Assembly: GCF_009914755.1 (NCBI RefSeq)
Contig: NC_060943.1
Strand: one strand, 5' to 3'
DNA: 64,000 bases
Source of the DNA: the human T2T-CHM13v2.0 reference genome, Homo sapiens
The notes beneath the pieces are model-generated. The model searched no databases. It saw only the letters and a program-made list of their open reading frames with translations, and was not told where the DNA came from. Position 1 is the stretch's first letter. Each line of letters starts with the position of its first letter. Shown one piece after another: positions 15,783 through 29,554 of this stretch. The position numbers and the translations under genes are program-made.

Positions 15783-16248
15783 TGATTTCATTTACTTTCC
15801 ATCCTCAGGAATATCTCAACATTCCTGGCATGCCGATGACCTGCTTCTTGTTTATTTAGTGCCATTAGGGAATTATTCTATGTGAAAAAAACATCTTTTA
15901 TGCCATTTCCAGGGATTTGAGGTGGCAGAGAAGGAGGGTGAATGTGTCCAGTTTTCCATCTTGATACAATCCACTGCAAATGTTATTTAAATTTCGACTT
16001 TCTGGGTTTTAAGATTTAATGGAATTCTCTAAATACAAACATACCATTAGAAAAAAAAGGATAAAGTTTTCTTATTTCCAATATTTATAGTTCTTATTTA
16101 ATTTTCTTTGCTAATTGCATTAGTTAGAACTTCCATAACAATATTTAAGAATTGGGGTGATGGAGCATCTTTGCATCTTTAGTTTGCTTTTAATTTGATG
16201 AAAACGTCTCTAGTGTTTTATCACAAGGACATGTTTTGGGGGTCGGAA

Positions 16249-16532
16249 TTTTTGTTTGTTTTTAGACAGGGTCTTGCTCTATTGCCCAGGTTGGATTGTA
16301 GTGGCACAATCATTGCTCACTGCAGCCTTGAACTCCTGGAATTAAGTGATCCTCCCACCTCAGCCTCCCAAATAGGTGACATGTCACTATGCCCAGCAAT
16401 TTTTTTTTCTATTAGTAGAGACAAGCTCTTGCTATGTTGCCTAGGCTCGTCTTGAACTCCTGGGCTCAAGCAATCCTCCCCGCTTGGCCTTCCTTAGTGT
16501 TGGGAGTACAAGTGTGAGCCACCATGCCTGGC
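16249..16532 (-). mobile_element. AluJ
   Basis: AGACAGGGTCTTGCTCT...GCAGCCTTGAACTCCTGG...CTCAAGCAATCCTCCC. Confidence 0.9.
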
Positions 16533-17419
16533 TTGGGTTGTTTTGATATAAGTATATTTTCATGATCTTATTTTTGTATTGCCAAGCATTTTTTTTTTTT
16601 AATCAGAAACGAATACCCAATTTTGCTGGAGGATTTTTGATGTCTATCAAAATGATCATGTAGATTTGTTCCCTGGCCTATTATGCTTGATTTTTAAATC
16701 TTGCATCATCATTTTTGACATTGATGGAGCATTCCTGGTGTCCTGTTCTAAAATGAAGGAGACATCTGTGACCTACTCACTGTATAGTTTCTTCTCTTCT
16801 CTGGAGAAGGCAGCCTTTCACAGGTGAAGTGCGTTCAGTCATTCCCACCGTGGGTGCAGCATGGATGACAGGAAATTAACTTAATGCTCTTTGTTTTGTT
16901 AAATCTAAATGATAGATGCTTAGTAATTGTTGGTTGAATTTAACAGAAATATTTAGACTTCTAGGGTTTTTTGTAAAATTTCAAATATCTGAGGAGAAAA
17001 AAATAAACTTGTGCATCCTTCCTCCTAAGATGTTAAATAGCATCTTTACTCACTTCAATTACATTTTTGGAACACCTACATGTGTACTGGGCATTCTGCC
17101 TAGGGATCTGCAAAGATGGGACAGAGGTGGCTCCTCTGAAGGTGGGGTTGGCCGGGGTTGGAAGGGTGTCTATGATGATGTGCCCGTCTCAAGAGGTACC
17201 CATTTCCTTCATGCCACCATCACTAAACCTTCACCTCTGGGAGTCATTTTCTTCCAAATTATGCAATTAAGATACTTGAATTGTTATAATGGTTATTATT
17301 ATTTTAAACTCTCATTTACATAATTCTGGTGCAGACTAGATATATGGCCAGTTACCAAAAATTTTCTTTTAAAAATTAAGTATTAAAGATTGGTCTCTGC
17401 TAAATGAGGATGGATTTTC

Positions 17420-17990
17420 TTTTATTTTAATTTTCCCTTCAGAAATAACTTTATATTTTCTGATTAGAGAAACGATGCGTGTCCATGAACTAATTTGGAA
17501 AATACACAATAGCATTCAGAAGAGTGTTGGTCCTGCCACCCAGAAATAACATTTTGTTATTTTTTCTTTCTTTATTTTCTATGCCTATATATTCTTTTCT
17601 TTTTCAGAATTGGTACCAAACTGTAGCCATAGCTGTATCTTTCACTTGAAATGTTATCATGGGCATGTTCCCATCCACTGAAACGTCTTTTGAAAGCCTG
17701 AGTTTTAAGGCAGAACGCTCCTTCATGGCTTTGATGTAACCATTCCCTTACTCTTGAACATTTGGGGTGTCTGAGTGTTTTTCTCACTATAAATAGCATT
17801 TCCGTACAGTTTTGTCTTTATTGCTGATAGCATTCTAGGTTTGTTCTAGGAGTGGAAAACTGAGTCATAGTTTATAAATGTTTTTGAGCCTTTTGATCTA
17901 TAATGCCAAACTGCTTTCAGAAAAAATATACCAGTTTTCCCTCCTTCCAGTACTTCCTAAGAATGCCCTTTCTCTGTAACCAGAAGCATA
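17420..17990 (-). mobile_element. L1ME-like 3' fragment
   Basis: ccacccagaaataac, gatgtaaccattccct, gaacatttggggtgt, taggagtggaa, aatgccaaactgctttcagaaa. Confidence 0.6.
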
Positions 17991-19867
17991 TGTCATCATT
18001 ACAAACACACACACATATGTGTGTGTATATTCACGTGTGTGTATGTGTGCATGGCTAATTTTACAAACGATAAATGTTGCTTCGCTATTTTAAATCAGAT
18101 TCTACCCAAGACAGATAAAATAAAGGAAACGTGAGTTTTGTATAAGATGAGAGCTGAATGTGCAAATGGGCCAGCAGTGTGAGGAGCAGGAGGATTGGAT
18201 GGGGTCTGAGAAGAGGCAGCACGCTCCGTCTCCTGATGTGCTCACATCTGGGGAGGCTTTGGCGTGAGGCTTCTCTCACCATGGCTCTCCCCATCCAGGC
18301 AGGACTCCCAACACGTCCTCTGCTCCACGGCATCCTTTCCAGGCACGGAGAAGCCATCAGCAACCCGGGAAGCTCAGTGAAGAGGAAAGGCAGCAAAGCA
18401 GGAGGGGACAGAGTTCCCATCCGGGTGCTGCTTCTGGCGGCTGGAGGAGAGGCCAGATTGTGGTGGCCGGTCCTGGGATGAGTCATGACCCAGTGCTTGC
18501 AGGAGTCACAGGCAGGCTGGGCGCTGGGCAGAAAGGGTGCAGGGCATCTGCAGGGACCCAGCCTGCATGTGACACTCCCAGGGATGTCACGGGGAACTGC
18601 TTGTGCGTGGCTGAGAACAGAATCTGGCTTAACGCTTTTAACAAGTTAATGTTTGTGCTCATGGGCCCTGTGCACATTTAAGAATTAATTAAATCCTTTA
18701 AGGAAGCCATTTATGTTTGAGACCAAAGAAGATACTTAGGGGCCAAAATACCCCCAAAGAAGAAGGCCTGATCACATCTCTTATGTCTTGGAAGGCCCCA
18801 CAAGACCAACTTCCTTATACCCCGATCCGCAGTGCGGTGTGTACAAATACCTTTAACCCATTCTTTCCGGAAAGCTCCTGGGGAGGCATATTAAACCTGA
18901 GTTATTTTCAATTTCATCTAAGGTGTCTCTATCCAATGCAGTTTCTTCAAAGTCTGCAATGTGGGATTCAAAATCTCTTAGCATCATCAAAGTCTTAGAA
19001 AAATATATTACTAGGAAGTAGAGCTGCTTCTTGTGTGTTAATTACAACAAGCCCGGCTGCCGCGCAGATAATCTCTAGCGTCAGAAGCATCAGCTCAGGC
19101 AATATCAGGAAAAACAAAATCTTTTTACAAAAGAAAATCCTAAATTCTCTTTTTTTTTGCCCTCTGAGGAAAAAAAAAGTGTGGTTCATTGTGAAGTTAA
19201 ATCCCATCTATTTAGTTGTTCTTATAAAGATTTCACTGATATTTGAAATATTCCTCTCTTGAAAGGGAAAAACAAGGTAGGTTTTCAGGATCCAGCCTCA
19301 GAATTATGGTGCTATTTTCGGAGTCTTTATCTTCAGAGGAAAAGCTGTGAATCGTCCATTTGGGCCAGGTTCTGAGTACAACTAGAACTTTAGCCTGCCT
19401 GAGACGAATGCTTGGTTTGCATGTGTGTGTTTTTTGGTGGGTTTCACCGTTCACCTTCACTTACACGCTGAGGTTGAAGTTGTGCGGCAGACGGGGCTCT
19501 TCTTTCCCGTGGCTTTGAGGGAAGTAGGGATCTGTTACCAGCTGTCCCTCTGGGACATCTGTGCTCCCTGAAAGTAGAGCAGGCTCCTAACCAAGACAGG
19601 GTCCTTGGGCTTCGGAGGCAGTGAAGGTCAGGGATAGGTATGTAGAGGATCCAGCGTGCAGAGAAGGGAGAAGTCGGTAGATTTTAAAATTACTTTTTTT
19701 TCTTTAATGAGGAGGAAAACTCCATCGGTTCCCATTTATTCAGAACTTCTTAAGAAGATCCTAATCTACTGTGGCCTTAAGATCCAAGTTGGTTAAAGGA
19801 AGAGCTGAGTGACAGCCTGTCCTGACCAGGGAGAAGCAAGCCATTGGTGGTGCCCAGGGCGACTTCA

Positions 19868-20147
19868 TTTTTTTTAAATTTTCTTTTTTAGAGACAGGGT
19901 CTCACTCTGTCACTCAGGCTGGAGTGCAGTGGCACAATCAGAGCTCACTGTAGCCTCCCAGTTCCTGGCCTCCTGGGTAGCTGGGATTACAGGCATGCCA
20001 CCACGCCTGGTAATTTTTAAATTTTTTGTAGAGATGAGAGTCTCACCATGTTACCCAAGCTGTTCTCAAATGCCTGGACTCAAGTGATCCTCCCACCTCA
20101 GCCTCCCAAAGTACTGGGATTTCGGGCGTGAGCCACTGTCTCTGGCC
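19868..20147 (-). mobile_element. AluJ
   Basis: AGAGACAGGGTCTCACTCTGTC...CTCAAGTGATCCTCCCACCTCAGCC. Confidence 0.9.
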
Positions 20148-20359
20148 CGGCAAGTTCAGAAGATACGGAGACCCCCGTGTAAAACAACCTAAGTCACAGG
20201 GTGAGAGATCTACCCTTGTCACGCTCCCTGGGATCTCCAGGAGAGAAGCCCCTTCCAGCCCCCAGTGTGTCTTTAACACCTTCTACCTCTGCCAGCCTCC
20301 CTCTGTACACGAGAGCAGGCCCCAGGCCAGGGCCGGCTGCAGGCAGCAGTATTCAGCCA

Positions 20360-20620
20360 GAATTTAATAACATTGTTCTCTTTTTATTTATTTTTATAAT
20401 TACCTTTAATTTAGAGCAAGTGATACAAATTTCCATTTAGGGTAATGATATAGTTTCCTTTTAAATGCATTAAAGTAAAAAATAGTGAATTAATTAAAAA
20501 AATATTAGCAGGGGTACAAAAACATGGGAAAAAATGTGAAGGTAGTTTATTGCAGTACAACTCTATAGCAAAAAGCATCAGGAAGGTGATATGCGGGTGC
20601 CTGAAACTGGGAGCACAGAT
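20360..20620. mobile_element. hAT-Charlie DNA transposon fragment
   Basis: ttacctttaatttagagcaagtgatac...ttccattta...tgatatagtttccttttaaa...gaaggtg resembles a recalled Charlie-family consensus. Confidence 0.45.
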
Positions 20621-21139
20621 CTGTAAGGCCCTTTTAGACTATTTTTATTTTATTTATTTTCTGAAACACGTGAGGGGACCCTTAGCTACTGGAGAGTTTA
20701 GGATTTTAGGAAACAGGGCTCTACAGAAAACCTCCTGAAGACAAGACATATTGACCTAAGAGGTTTAGGATGGATTCCAGGCCCAAGGAAGTTGCATCAG
20801 AAAGATCCCAAGATAGAGTAGCCCCTCTCCTCTTTAGCATTAATTTTTCTAGAAAGGACTAAAGATATCTCCCTAAGTAAGCTAAGAACCCTACTGCCCA
20901 AGAAAAAGATTACTAGATGTCAAGTAATATTATAATGGATGCTGAATTTTACCTTTTCCTTTCTCTGAATTCTCCTGCCACCTCCCTGCAAGAGTATAGC
21001 CCATGGGGGTGGCCTACTGTGTTCTTCCTGCTCTCAGTTTGGGTATCAGGTCTTGACCCTCTTCCTTTCTAGAGGAGACTTGTCCAGGCTTATCTCCACA
21101 GTTCTCATAACACCTAGCACATAGAAGGCATCATTTGCC

Positions 21140-21797
21140 CATTCCATCTATCCATCCATCCACACATCTACCCATCCTTCTATCCTTCTATTTAGCCCTT
21201 CTCTTTCTCTCTCTTCCTTTCTTCTTTTCTCTCTCTCTCCACCTACCCAACCATATAGCCATCGATCCATGTATCCATCCACCACCCACCCATCCCTCCC
21301 TTCATCTGCCTATCTACACATTCATCCATCCATCCATCCAACCATCCATCCATCCATCCATCCATCCATCCATGCGTCTACCCACCCACCCATCCCTCCC
21401 TTCATCTGCCTATCTACACATCCATCCATCCAACTCTCCATCCGTTCAACCATCCATCCATCCAACCAAACATCCATCCATCCATCCATCCATCCTCCCA
21501 CCCACCCATCCCTCCCTTCATCTGCTCATCTACACATCCATCCATCCATCCTCCCACCCACCCATCCCTCCCTTCATCTGCTCATCTACACATCCATCCA
21601 TCCATGCATCCATCCATCCATCCATCCATCCATCCAACCATCCATCCATCCATCTAACCATCTTCTATTTAGCCCTTCTCTTTCTCTCCCTTACTTTCTT
21701 CCTTTCTCCCTTCCTCCACCCGCCCATTCACATATCCATCCATCCATTCATCCATCTACCACCCATCTATTCATCTATGTATTTACTTCTTCATCCA
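21140..21797. repeat. (TCCA)n repeat with higher-order duplicated units
   Basis: cccacccatccctcccttcatctgc at 21285, 21385, 21501, 21557; ttctatttagcccttctctttctctc near 21186 and 21663. Confidence 0.92.
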
Positions 21798-21955
21798 CTA
21801 AATAAATATTTTATTAAGAATATTCAGTATTAAACAATAGCACCAAAAATCTGTTGGGTGCCTCCAGCACTCAGGTATCCAATAGGGATACAGTAATAAT
21901 AGAAGGAGACATTGTCACTGCTGTCACAGAGTTTATGGCTAATGAGAGACAGAAA
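21798..21955 (-). mobile_element. L2 3' fragment
   Basis: aataaatattttattaag...ggatacagt...agacattgtcactgctgtcacagagtttat. Confidence 0.6.
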
Positions 21956-23525
21956 TGGAACAAGTGGCTATTCTATGCCCTTAATGAATGAAGAAGTGAA
22001 TGAGTGGATTGGTAAATCCCTTTTCTCTGTCACTGCTGGGCACTGGGACCTGTGGAGTCCAAGAATGCTGGGGTGAACAAGCAGTTCCATAGATCAGAGG
22101 TTGCACTTGCCAGGCCTTCGCCAGCTGGGCTTCTGGAGTGAGATAACAGGCTCTGCACAGTCTGCTCAATGTGTCCCCAGCCGCTGAGGGCCTGCCCAGA
22201 CTGTGCGAAGAGCATGCAAGGGCAGGGCTCCCTCCCGGGGGCTTCGGCAGGAGCAAGGCTGGCAGTGACAGCAGCTGTGGCGGGGAACGGGGGCCTGGGA
22301 GCGGTCGCTGCGAAGGACGTCAGGGAGGTGGGGGCAGGTGGGAGGGTGGATAAGTAGTAATATGATGGGGATTTCAGGGGGTCAGACACAGGCAGTCCCA
22401 GGCTCCCTGCCAGGGTCAAGCATGGTGTCTTGAAAAAAAGACAGGGGGCAAGTTTCCCAGGGTCTGGGCAGTGCCCTCTGCACCTACAGTCCCGGGTGCT
22501 TTGCTGGGGGCCTGGGCTGGCCCTGCTTGCTGTGAGTATGCAAGGGCGGCCACTCTGAAGCTCAGCTGATGCTGGCCAGGGGACACTTTGTTTCTGGGCC
22601 ACAGGACCTGGATGTAGCTCATTTTCTTTCTCTCTGTAACTCTCCACCTGCTCTGGGTGCCCTGTTTCTGGTTCCAGATACCCTTACACTTCCTGCACTT
22701 TCCAAGGCACACACACAGTGGGCTGCAGGGGGGTCTGGACTTGGAGCAGGAGCACTAGGTGGGTGCCTGGTCACTCTGGGCTTCTGGGCTTTATAATGCT
22801 CACTGTGCAATAAAGAGGAGGCCAGGAATCCCTCTCTCCAGGGCAGGGCTGACCGAGGGAGCACAGGGAATGAACCTCAAACCTGTGCAACATCAAACAC
22901 CCTGGGGCTCCCCTGTCATGGACAGCAGACTGGCTTCTTTACTGAGCACAGGTAACACAGTCTGCTGAGCACACAGGGATCTGAGTGTGGGTAACAGGGG
23001 AATCTCTGGGTTCTGGGGAGGCTGAGAGACATTCCTGGGACAGGGACGTTTGGCTGTAGATCAGAGAAGTTACCCAAGGAGGGGATGAGGAGGGGAGGAT
23101 GGATGCAAAAAAAAATAATAGGGTGTGCAAGGCTCTCTGCTGAGAGGGAACTTATTAAATCCACACGGCCTTCTTTCCGGAAGACTCTGGAACATCATGC
23201 CTAACATAGCTAAAATCACTTCTCCTTGACACAGACAAGGAAAGCACTGGGGAAAGACCCATTAGTGGGATTTCAGACCCCTGGGCAAATGGCTAGGAGG
23301 CAGCTGGGCAGGGTGAGAAATGCATGCTTGGTGACCATGGTGGAGTGCCCATTCTGTCCAGGGCACACAGGAGAAGGTGCTGCCTGCCACCTTCTGCTTC
23401 CCACCCAACGCTTCTGGAAGAGCCCAAGCCAACGTATGGCTCAGGATCCCAGGGGTGTGCGTGGAGCCTTCTGGGCTTAGGATGGTCAAGATTTAAATGA
23501 GTTTGGTAGAAGAAAACAAAGATGG

Positions 23526-23732
23526 TGAGGACACAAAGGCATAAGAATGACACAATGGACTTTGGGGACTCAAGGGAAAGAGTAGGAAAGGGGTGAGGGA
23601 TAAAAGAGTACACATTGGGTACAGTGTACACTGTTCTGGTGATGGGTGCACCAAAATCTCACAGTTCACCTCTAAATAACTTATTTATGTTACCAAACGC
23701 CACGTGTTCCCCAAAAACATGTTGGAAAAAAA
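23526..23732 (+). mobile_element. 5'-truncated L1 3' end (L1PB-like) with 13-bp TSD
   Basis: aaaggcataagaatgacacaatggactttggggactc...cattgggtacagtgtacactg...ttccccaaaaac + A tail; TSD aaaacaaagatgg at 23513-23525 and 23733-23745. Confidence 0.88.
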
Positions 23733-23839
23733 AAAACAAAGATGGGAGTGCCTTAGTGTGATCATGGGCAGGGAGAAGGCTGGAAGGGCAGAGGAGTAAC
23801 CGAGGGCCCCAGGGGGTGTCTGGAAGGGAGGGCATATTT

Positions 23840-24330
23840 GTTTATCAGCCAGGACTCCTTTCGTTTCCAGTGATTGAAAATTTAACCCAAACCAACTTAA
23901 ACCACCAGGAGACCTGTATTGACTCATATCAGTGCAAATATGTAAATGGTTCAGCCTCAGGTGCTGTTTGATCCAGGGGCTCAAATGTCACCAAGCATCT
24001 GACGTCTCTCCTCCTTCACCTCCTCAGCACTGGCCTTGTCCCCAGTGCTGCATAACCCCACTGCCACCCGCTTAGACTCTTCTTGGTAGCAAAACAGCTG
24101 CCACAGCTCCAGATCTTACTGAGAGTGTCTGAACCATCCTTGTAGCTCCCTGGCAAGCCCTAGTTATCACTCTCGTTGGCCTGGAATAGGTCATATGATG
24201 ATCCTTGAACCAATTACTGAGGCTGGGGCATGGAACATTCTGAATGGCTCAAACTGATTTTATAGTCAGAAGCAGGGAGCTGGCTACATCTCACCCAAGC
24301 TGCAGGACTGAGTAGGAAGAGGGGTTCTCC
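23840..24330. mobile_element. MLT1 (ERVL-MaLR) LTR remnant
   Basis: tcagccaggactc...acccaaaccaacttaa...gatccaggggctcaaa...ggtcatatg...ccttgaaccaattactg. Confidence 0.65.
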
Positions 24331-25414
24331 CATGTAGGGACTGTGGTGGGCATGGATGCAAGGATGTGAGTGTCCATGCAGGCATCTGTAGTTGGCTGTG
24401 GAGTCTGGACCTGATTAATAGGTGTGAGCGAGAGTGCAGGAAGTCCCAGACCCTACTAGGAACCCTGAGCATGGAGTGACATTTTCAGGGTTCCCCTCCC
24501 AGCAGAGCAGTGGTGGGTCGGGGCTGGTAGCACACCCCAACTGGGCATGACTGTGGGAGCCTCCCCAGAGGTGGTCTACTTTGGCAGGATCTCTGCAACC
24601 CCTGAGGAGCTACAAACAGGTAATGCTTGGCTTCCCCAGGCCTGCATTATGAAAAGCTTGAGTTACAAAATGCTCTGGCTATTAAAAACCTGCTACTGAC
24701 TTTAACGGCAATAAAATATCTGCTGTTTATGAGTAATTAGCCACTTCTGGAAAAGAACTCTATTCCTTTAAATTTATGAGGTGCCTTGATTTATGCATTT
24801 CATGGTGGGGGGATGTCATGTTACATCACATCAACCTGATGTAATTTGATGCAAATCAAACACATGAAGGAGTGCATGGAAACGCTCTCTCCTGCCTCCT
24901 GAAGTGTGTTTTTATATGGGGGAAGGTTTTGGTCCTTATTCCATCTTTGTTCTTCTTGCTTGCTTTATCAGGAAAGTCTTAGGTGAATCTTTACCCTGAA
25001 GGTCCTTGGTCCTGAGTGCACTGGCTGCAGCCTCTGACCACCCTTCAGGTGCTTCCAAGGGGGACTTCACATCCCCGAGGGTGGCAGAGATGCAAATATC
25101 TGAAGCTATTTAATGAGCACCCACGCCTTGCCCTGGGTTGCAGGAGCCTGGGGAGGCCAACAGGGAGACGTGCTTCCTGATTTTAAGGACCCCAGGGTTG
25201 GTTCCTATACACAGGACATGATGTAATCAATGAGTCTGATTTCATATTGTCTGAGAGGTGAGCGTGGGGCCCGGCAGGGGGAAGGTATATTTTGGAAGTC
25301 TTTCATAGCTTCTGAACCTCTGTCTGACAGCTTAGAGGGTAGAGGTGAGGGCATTCAATAATTTGTTGGTGGGACTATGTATCTATTTGTCTGTGTGCAT
25401 TATTTCTTCTTTAG

Positions 25415-25500
25415 TCCACCCACTCATCTATCTATCTGCTCATTGATCCATGCATCCATCCATCCATGTATCCATCCATCCATCCATCCAACATCCATCT
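25415..25500. repeat. (TCCA)n simple repeat
   Basis: catccatccatcc units. Confidence 0.8.
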
Positions 25501-25557
25501 GACACCTACTAAATTTCTTGAGTGAGGTAACAAAGAAAAGTAAGACACAGATGCATA

Positions 25558-25650
25558 TCCACTAACTTGCTGTGGAACCATAGGTGAGTTATCCCCTACC
25601 ATCTGGCCTCTGTTTACCTATCTGTAAAATGGGCACATCAGACCAAGTGT
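25558..25650 (+). mobile_element. MIR fragment
   Basis: ctggcctctgtttacctatctgtaaaatggg. Confidence 0.65.
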
Positions 25651-28154
25651 CAAGGAGCTAGATGATCTCAGATATTTCTCTTGCTCTGCCATCCTCTGTA
25701 CCATTGTCCCTTTCCTCAAGGAACATCTCTGTGCAAGGACAGAAGGTGTGGACAACTCTCATTCATGGGATGCAGAGATGCTTGCCAAGTAGTTGAGGAG
25801 AATGTGGGGAAGAGTGATAGGAAGAGAGATAAGGTAGGATGCAGCAGTGGCCCTTTGGTGGAAGCTTTTGGCATGAATCTGGGTAGTTTGCCCTCAGGAA
25901 AAACAATGATTTTTGATCTTTGATCTCTGCACTTAAATGGAGTTATCCCAAGGGTGCAGGGGACAGCAAGTGGAAAAAGCCTGGCATTGGGCATGGAGCA
26001 CCACCCCTAGTCAATGTGAACTTGTTGGTTGGCTGTAGATGTATCTCAGCCGGTTGGCTTTCTTGGCAGGATGGCTGGATGGGTTTTACTAGATTTCTCG
26101 GGGTCATGTAGAAAGCACACACCTTGGTCTTCTAGCATGAGGCCCTTTTCTGTTCCTTTTGGTCTCAGGCATACTAGCTTTCCAGAATGCCCAGCATCCT
26201 AGCCTGGCTTCCTCAAAGTGACAGTCAGTGGTGTTCAAGCATCATGTGTAATGTCTCTGGGCTCCTGACTTTAGAAGGGAAGTTACAGTTGAAACAAGGC
26301 CACTTGACCTCCTTCCCGGTTCCACCTTGGGTGTGACATGAGACGATGGAGGAAGTTTAGGGTTCTCACAAAGTCCAGGTTCAATCTGTAATATAATTAT
26401 TTAAAAATGGAACCTTGCTATTGTTTTGATTTGAGTCTTCTTGCTTTCTGGTTAGGAGTGACATTTTTGTGGTCACGAGCCAAATTTTGTTGCTTTTGTG
26501 AATTCCCTGCTCACATGCCTTTTGTCCAGGTTTCTAATGGGGGTGTTTGACTTTTCCTTGTTAACTGCAAGTGCTCTTAAAAATACAAAAGGTAAAGTTA
26601 TTAACTCCTTGCCTACCACGTATGCCTCTGAATGCTGGTCTTCCATGAGGCTTTGGAACAGGTGACTGTGAGCAGGACTGAGGGTGATTGCAGGCCTGAT
26701 AGAGGCCGCATCAACATGCAGATGGTGACAGGGGAAGGAGGAGGAGAGGCAGGAGCAGACGCAGGCTTTGCAGAGCACCTGCCCTGTGCAGACGCTGCTT
26801 CAAGTACTTCCTAGCAGTGACCTCACTCATCTTCCCAGGTACATTAGCATTGCCACCGTAGCACACTCATAGAGCTGACAAGTTGCCCCTTGGGACTCAG
26901 TTCTTTTGGAGTAAGATACTGTACACCTTCTTGAAGCAGCAGCGAGTTTTCCTCTGTTACCCAGAGTCCCAGTAAAGAGATTCCTCATAGGAGCCCAGAG
27001 AGTAGCAGTGGCCACCCTGTGGGGACCACAGTGGCTGCTGAAGGCTGCTTGCAGCTTGGGTAGGTGATACTTCCACACCAAGCTACTGAAGTTACAGAAC
27101 ACCTTGGGGTTCTCTGAAGGCCTCTCCATAGGACATAACTTCTGGCACCTGGAGGTGGGGGTGGGGGAAGATGTTGATATCAAGACCCTGGTGAGATAGT
27201 ACAGAGTGTCCAACATCAGATGGATGGTGCACTGAGGGTCCTGGACCAGCCCATGAATGGCATTTTCTCCCTTGTGCAGAGAGAAACATTAATTGCTTCA
27301 TTTTAGAATATTTCTCTGTGTTCAGCATCAGCAAAGTTCAACTGCAGATGGGTGATGGTTCAAGATCAGGGTTTGGCTATGCGGTCCCTCCCTGTCAGGT
27401 GGGCCTCAGAGGCACCCACAGGGGGATAGAGAGAGGGGCTGAGTTCAGGGTCCAGCCTGACCCGCTTCCTTGTCTAACACATGGGAAGCCATGATTCAGA
27501 GAGGGGCCAGGGCACCTGAGGCCACATGGCTACCTGGATGACCATGCAGGTGTGGTTTAAGGGGGTGGAGGAGGCTATAGAGGGAGGATCCAGGCCCACT
27601 GATGTAGTGGTGGGGAGGCCGTTTGTCTTGGATCCTGGCCCTGGGGCTAGCTGGGAGAGGAGGTCAGTGCACCTGGGCTGGGGAGAGGAGTCATTAATTC
27701 AGTCAGCACTTCCTGAGCACACCTGCTAGTGTGAGGCTCTGCTCTTGGCACTTGGGAATGTTGCCCTGGTGGATGTGTCATCATCACAGAGAGGATGCCT
27801 TAGCTGCCCCTGAGGGCATCCTATTTGGTTCCAGTTGGCTGTCTTCTTCCTGACACTATGCAAGGATCTAGATCTTCGGGTGCAGTGAACTGAGATCAGG
27901 GAGAGAGGCAGCAGTAGAGGTTCAGAATGGAGGCTGTTGTCTCCAAGAACAACTCTAGGGAAGGGAGTGGCAGTGTCACCCCGCATCGTCAGCTCACCCC
28001 AAAGGCCTCCTCTGCACCAGGCACTAAGGAGACAAATGAACAAGATTGTTGTTCTCAAAAAAACTCCCAGTCACCTGATCCTTTTTCGAGTGAACAGTGC
28101 TCAAATATTTGCATCGTCTCTTTGGGTGGATGTTTCAGATCCATCTGTCCTTTA

Positions 28155-28268
28155 GATGATGAGTTTCAGGAGGGCAGGGTGTTTGAGATTCTCTCTGCAG
28201 AGCCAGGCACCGTGCCTGGTGTGCAGTGGAGAGTCAGAAGGGCTTACTGAATAAATGAATGAATGAGT
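28155..28268 (+). mobile_element. L2 3' end
   Basis: ggcaccgtgcctggtg...ttactgaataaatgaatgaatga. Confidence 0.7.
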
Positions 28269-28739
28269 ATTTGCATGAGCAAGTACGAGAATGCTGAAAG
28301 TAGCTAGGGAGTCAACAGGAGAGTGGAGTTTGAAAAAGGCACGTTGAAGGACTTGGAATCCAAATTAGTTCAACCAGAATTTGTAGGTACTTGTCACCTG
28401 CAAAGCATTGGGTTTCAGTCACATGTGGGCCCCAGGAGGTCCTGGATAAGGGTACAGGGTGGTGAGGCACGGGCTGTGAAATCCACCATGAGACAGAGTG
28501 GGGTTAGCTCTTTATGGAGGGTGTGAAGGGTGGGGGAGGGGATTGGGAGTGGCTGTGTGGAAGAACTGTTCTCTTCTAAGTTTTCTGGGGTGACATTAAA
28601 GTAAAGTTCTAGTGACCAAACTTCTCACCTGGCTGTGCCTCCATGAGTAGAGGGCAGGGCTGGTCATGTTGTCTGAGTCTTCCTCCCGGCATCCCCGCTT
28701 TCTCCCCAAGGATAGATGTTATGCTGGAGGCCTGCAACT

Positions 28740-29140
28740 TGTTCATTCATTCATCCATTCATTCATTTGTTCCCTCATTTGATTATTTATTTATTTGCTT
28801 GTTCCTCTATTCAGTCACTCAGCAAATGTTCATCAAGTGCCTCCCCTGTGCCTGGCTCTGTGTTGGGTGCTGGGGGGGACCCTGGTGAAGCCGATGGTCA
28901 CAGTGTGGCCCTCATGGGGTTTTGGACAGGCATACAAACAAACCCAACCTAATGTAGAAGACACTGTTCGGGGTGAGGCCAAGATACCGTGGAGATAGAC
29001 GGAAGGGCTCTGGACCGGGACCTGACATATCAGGGAGGGCTTCCTGGAAGAAGTGGTATTTAATTTCTCCCAAGATTACTAGGCACAGGGGCAAGGAGGG
29101 ATTGCAGAGAGGAGTTCCCAACAGGGGAAATGATATGCAT
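28740..29140 (-). mobile_element. L2 fragment
   Basis: ttcattcattca...cagcaaatgttcatcaagtgcct...ctgtgttgggtgctgggg; tcagggagggcttcctggaagaagtgg. Confidence 0.75.
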
Positions 29141-29175
29141 AAAAGGATACCAAGTTGCCCCTCTCTGCTCCCTGA

Positions 29176-29554
<379 letters not shown>

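Noticed and set aside
18007-18026. 20-bp perfect palindrome ACACACACAT-ATGTGTGTGT
   Set aside because: Expected from adjacent (CA)n and (TG)n microsatellites; no evidence of function.
22030-22647. 205-aa minus-strand ORF in GC-rich intron
   Set aside because: No domain, codon bias or splice support; expected by chance in GC-rich DNA.
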